DNA of 62,279 bases, counting the filler, from Globobulimina sp. (taxonomy: Eukaryota), in assembly GCA_003354225.1 (NCBI GenBank). It is 23 parts of 23 records of this genome, joined end to end, with 100 filler letters (N's around TTAATTAATTAA, not from the genome) between each part and the next. Parts side by side here need not be neighbours in the genome. Positions count along the whole stretch, not along the records: positions 59,670 to 62,279 come from PIVH01005737.1; 22 more parts are not named here. One strand, written 5' to 3'. Below are positions 60,980 to 62,279 of this stretch, in pieces. The notes under the pieces were generated by a model. It made no database searches, was not told the DNA's origin, and saw only the letters and a list, made by a program, of their open reading frames with translations. Each line of letters starts with the position of its first letter. The first letter of the stretch is position 1. The position numbers and the translations under genes are program-made.

Positions 60980-61192
60980 AATCGGTCACTGGTTGTTGCT
61001 GTTGTACGTGCAGTGATTGCATGGGTTGATATGCGAGATAAGATTAGTTGTTGGTGCAAGTAATAATTATTTTGCAAAAGAAACGTGCACAACGAAATGT
61101 TACAACCATGAACGGAATTGTTGAATTGATCTTGTAACAGCATAAATACAGTTGAAAGTGCAAAATACATTTATGGGAGAAACATAGACAAT

Positions 61193-61341
61193 AAAGAGCA
61201 TCCGGTTTTCAGCGTCAGATTTTTATTGGTGTAAGGTAGATACAAACCGTTTCTGGTGACTGACAAAGGCAAAAATTATATAGGTTTGCCTTCGTTTCTC
61301 AGAAACAATAATAATCTGACGTTGAAAACCGGATGCTCTTT
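61193..61341. mobile_element. ~150-bp MITE with 36-bp terminal inverted repeats
   Basis: AAAGAGCATCCGGTTTTCAGCGTCAGATTTTTATTG (61193-61228) versus the reverse complement of 61306-61341: 34/36 identical. Internal AAGGCAAA/TTTGCCTT stem. Confidence 0.8.
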
Positions 61342-61424
61342 TCTCAATGTAATATATTGCAAGTTATTGAAAGATTTTTGATGTTAACGAAAAACATTCA
61401 AACAAGTTCAGTACTCTTGCAATA

Positions 61425-62167
61425 ATGCTACAAAAAGACGAACAGAAGAAATCAGAAACAAACGATGAAAAATTGAAAAAGTTAAGTTTGGTTCTTTGCT
61501 TTCCCCATAACAATACAGTGAATATACTGATTTTGAACCTCACCCATATCACAGCACTGTGTACGAAATATTTCCATATTTATTTTTATCCGCTTTTCCA
61601 GCAACAAAGCAATATAAAGAATTAAAAGCGATGAAATTAACAAATATTATAAATGTGACAAACAACAAAGTCCCAACAAAAGAACAATACAAATTGTTTG
61701 ACGTATTGTATTTGCCATTGCTTGACAATGAAACCTATGATATTCTGACCGCAATTAAAACATTGGCATTTTATATTGATTCCTTAGTCACAAACAATAA
61801 AAATAAAAAGATTTTAGTCCATTGTTCTGTCGGTGTATCCCGCTCTGTTTCAGTGATATTGGGATATTGTATGATTTATAAAAAGATGAAGTTATTGGAC
61901 GCATATAATTATGTTAAAAATATAAAGTCAAACATTGGACCAAACCCAGGATTTATGAAACAATTAATTAATTTGGAAAAAAAAGTGTTAAATACTAACG
62001 TGCCGAGCTTAAAATATAGAGACTGTGTTATTGCATTCATAAAACAAAAATTCCCCTCCAAAACGAACAAAGAAATCGGTCAAGTTTTAGATAACTGCAA
62101 CGGGGATTATTTTTGGGTACAAAATGTTTTAGTTTCTTCACGGCAGCATACTCAAAATAAATATTAA
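61425..62167 (+). CDS. Dual-specificity phosphatase with CUE-like C-terminus; intron 61481-61518
   Basis: EIFPYLFL, IINVT, PLLD, ILVHCSVGVSRS, PNPGFMKQL; C-term FIKQKFP...IGQVLDNCNGD. Confidence 0.93.
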
Positions 62168-62279
62168 TATCTTTTCGTTGTTATTAAAAGTGTGCTTCTG
62201 TAAATTTTTATTTGTTTGAGATGGATTTTGCTATCAGTCATCTCAAAGAATATTGATGGAACACTATTTTTGGTCATAA

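Noticed and set aside
1-62279. Operon or gene-cluster interpretation of the whole window (e.g. PPR + DYW + ART as one locus)
   Set aside because: The genes lie on different contigs; adjacency across linkers is artificial.
1-62279. Alternative genetic code or stop-codon readthrough
   Set aside because: TAA, TAG and TGA all end recognisable proteins, and internal stops are explained by introns, frameshifts or pseudogene decay.

Overview
This window is not one locus. It is 23 unrelated short contigs (2614 down to 2610 bp, sorted by length) joined by 22 identical artificial 100-bp linkers (N44-TTAATTAATTAA-N44, stops in all six frames), so neighbourhood across linkers means nothing and many genes are cut off. 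The DNA is from an AT-rich, very gene-dense eukaryotic nuclear genome with short GT-AG introns (about 34-192 bp) and the standard code. The gene-family mix (RGS, SPRY, kelch, XK-related, PPR, toxin-type ADP-ribosyltransferase, Cys-rich surface proteins) suggests a foraminiferan or other rhizarian protist; this is an inference. Recognisable genes include a WNK kinase, TPMT-like and TrmH/SpoU methyltransferases, NIPA transporter, Jagunal, OYE-family oxidoreductase, class II aldolase, Rtf1, GH7 glycosidase, SGNH hydrolase, RPB10, a PITH protein and a dual-specificity phosphatase. Most notable: (1) a second class of 5' splice sites (GTTNNGT) carrying the usual consensus shifted by one base; (2) a PPR-DYW RNA-editing-type deaminase plus two more PPR genes; (3) a linker-histone-like + PBZ-like + ADP-ribosyltransferase fusion; (4) three families of small inverted-repeat elements; (5) a catalytically dead MINDY deubiquitinase. 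All family calls come from manual motif recognition, not database searches.
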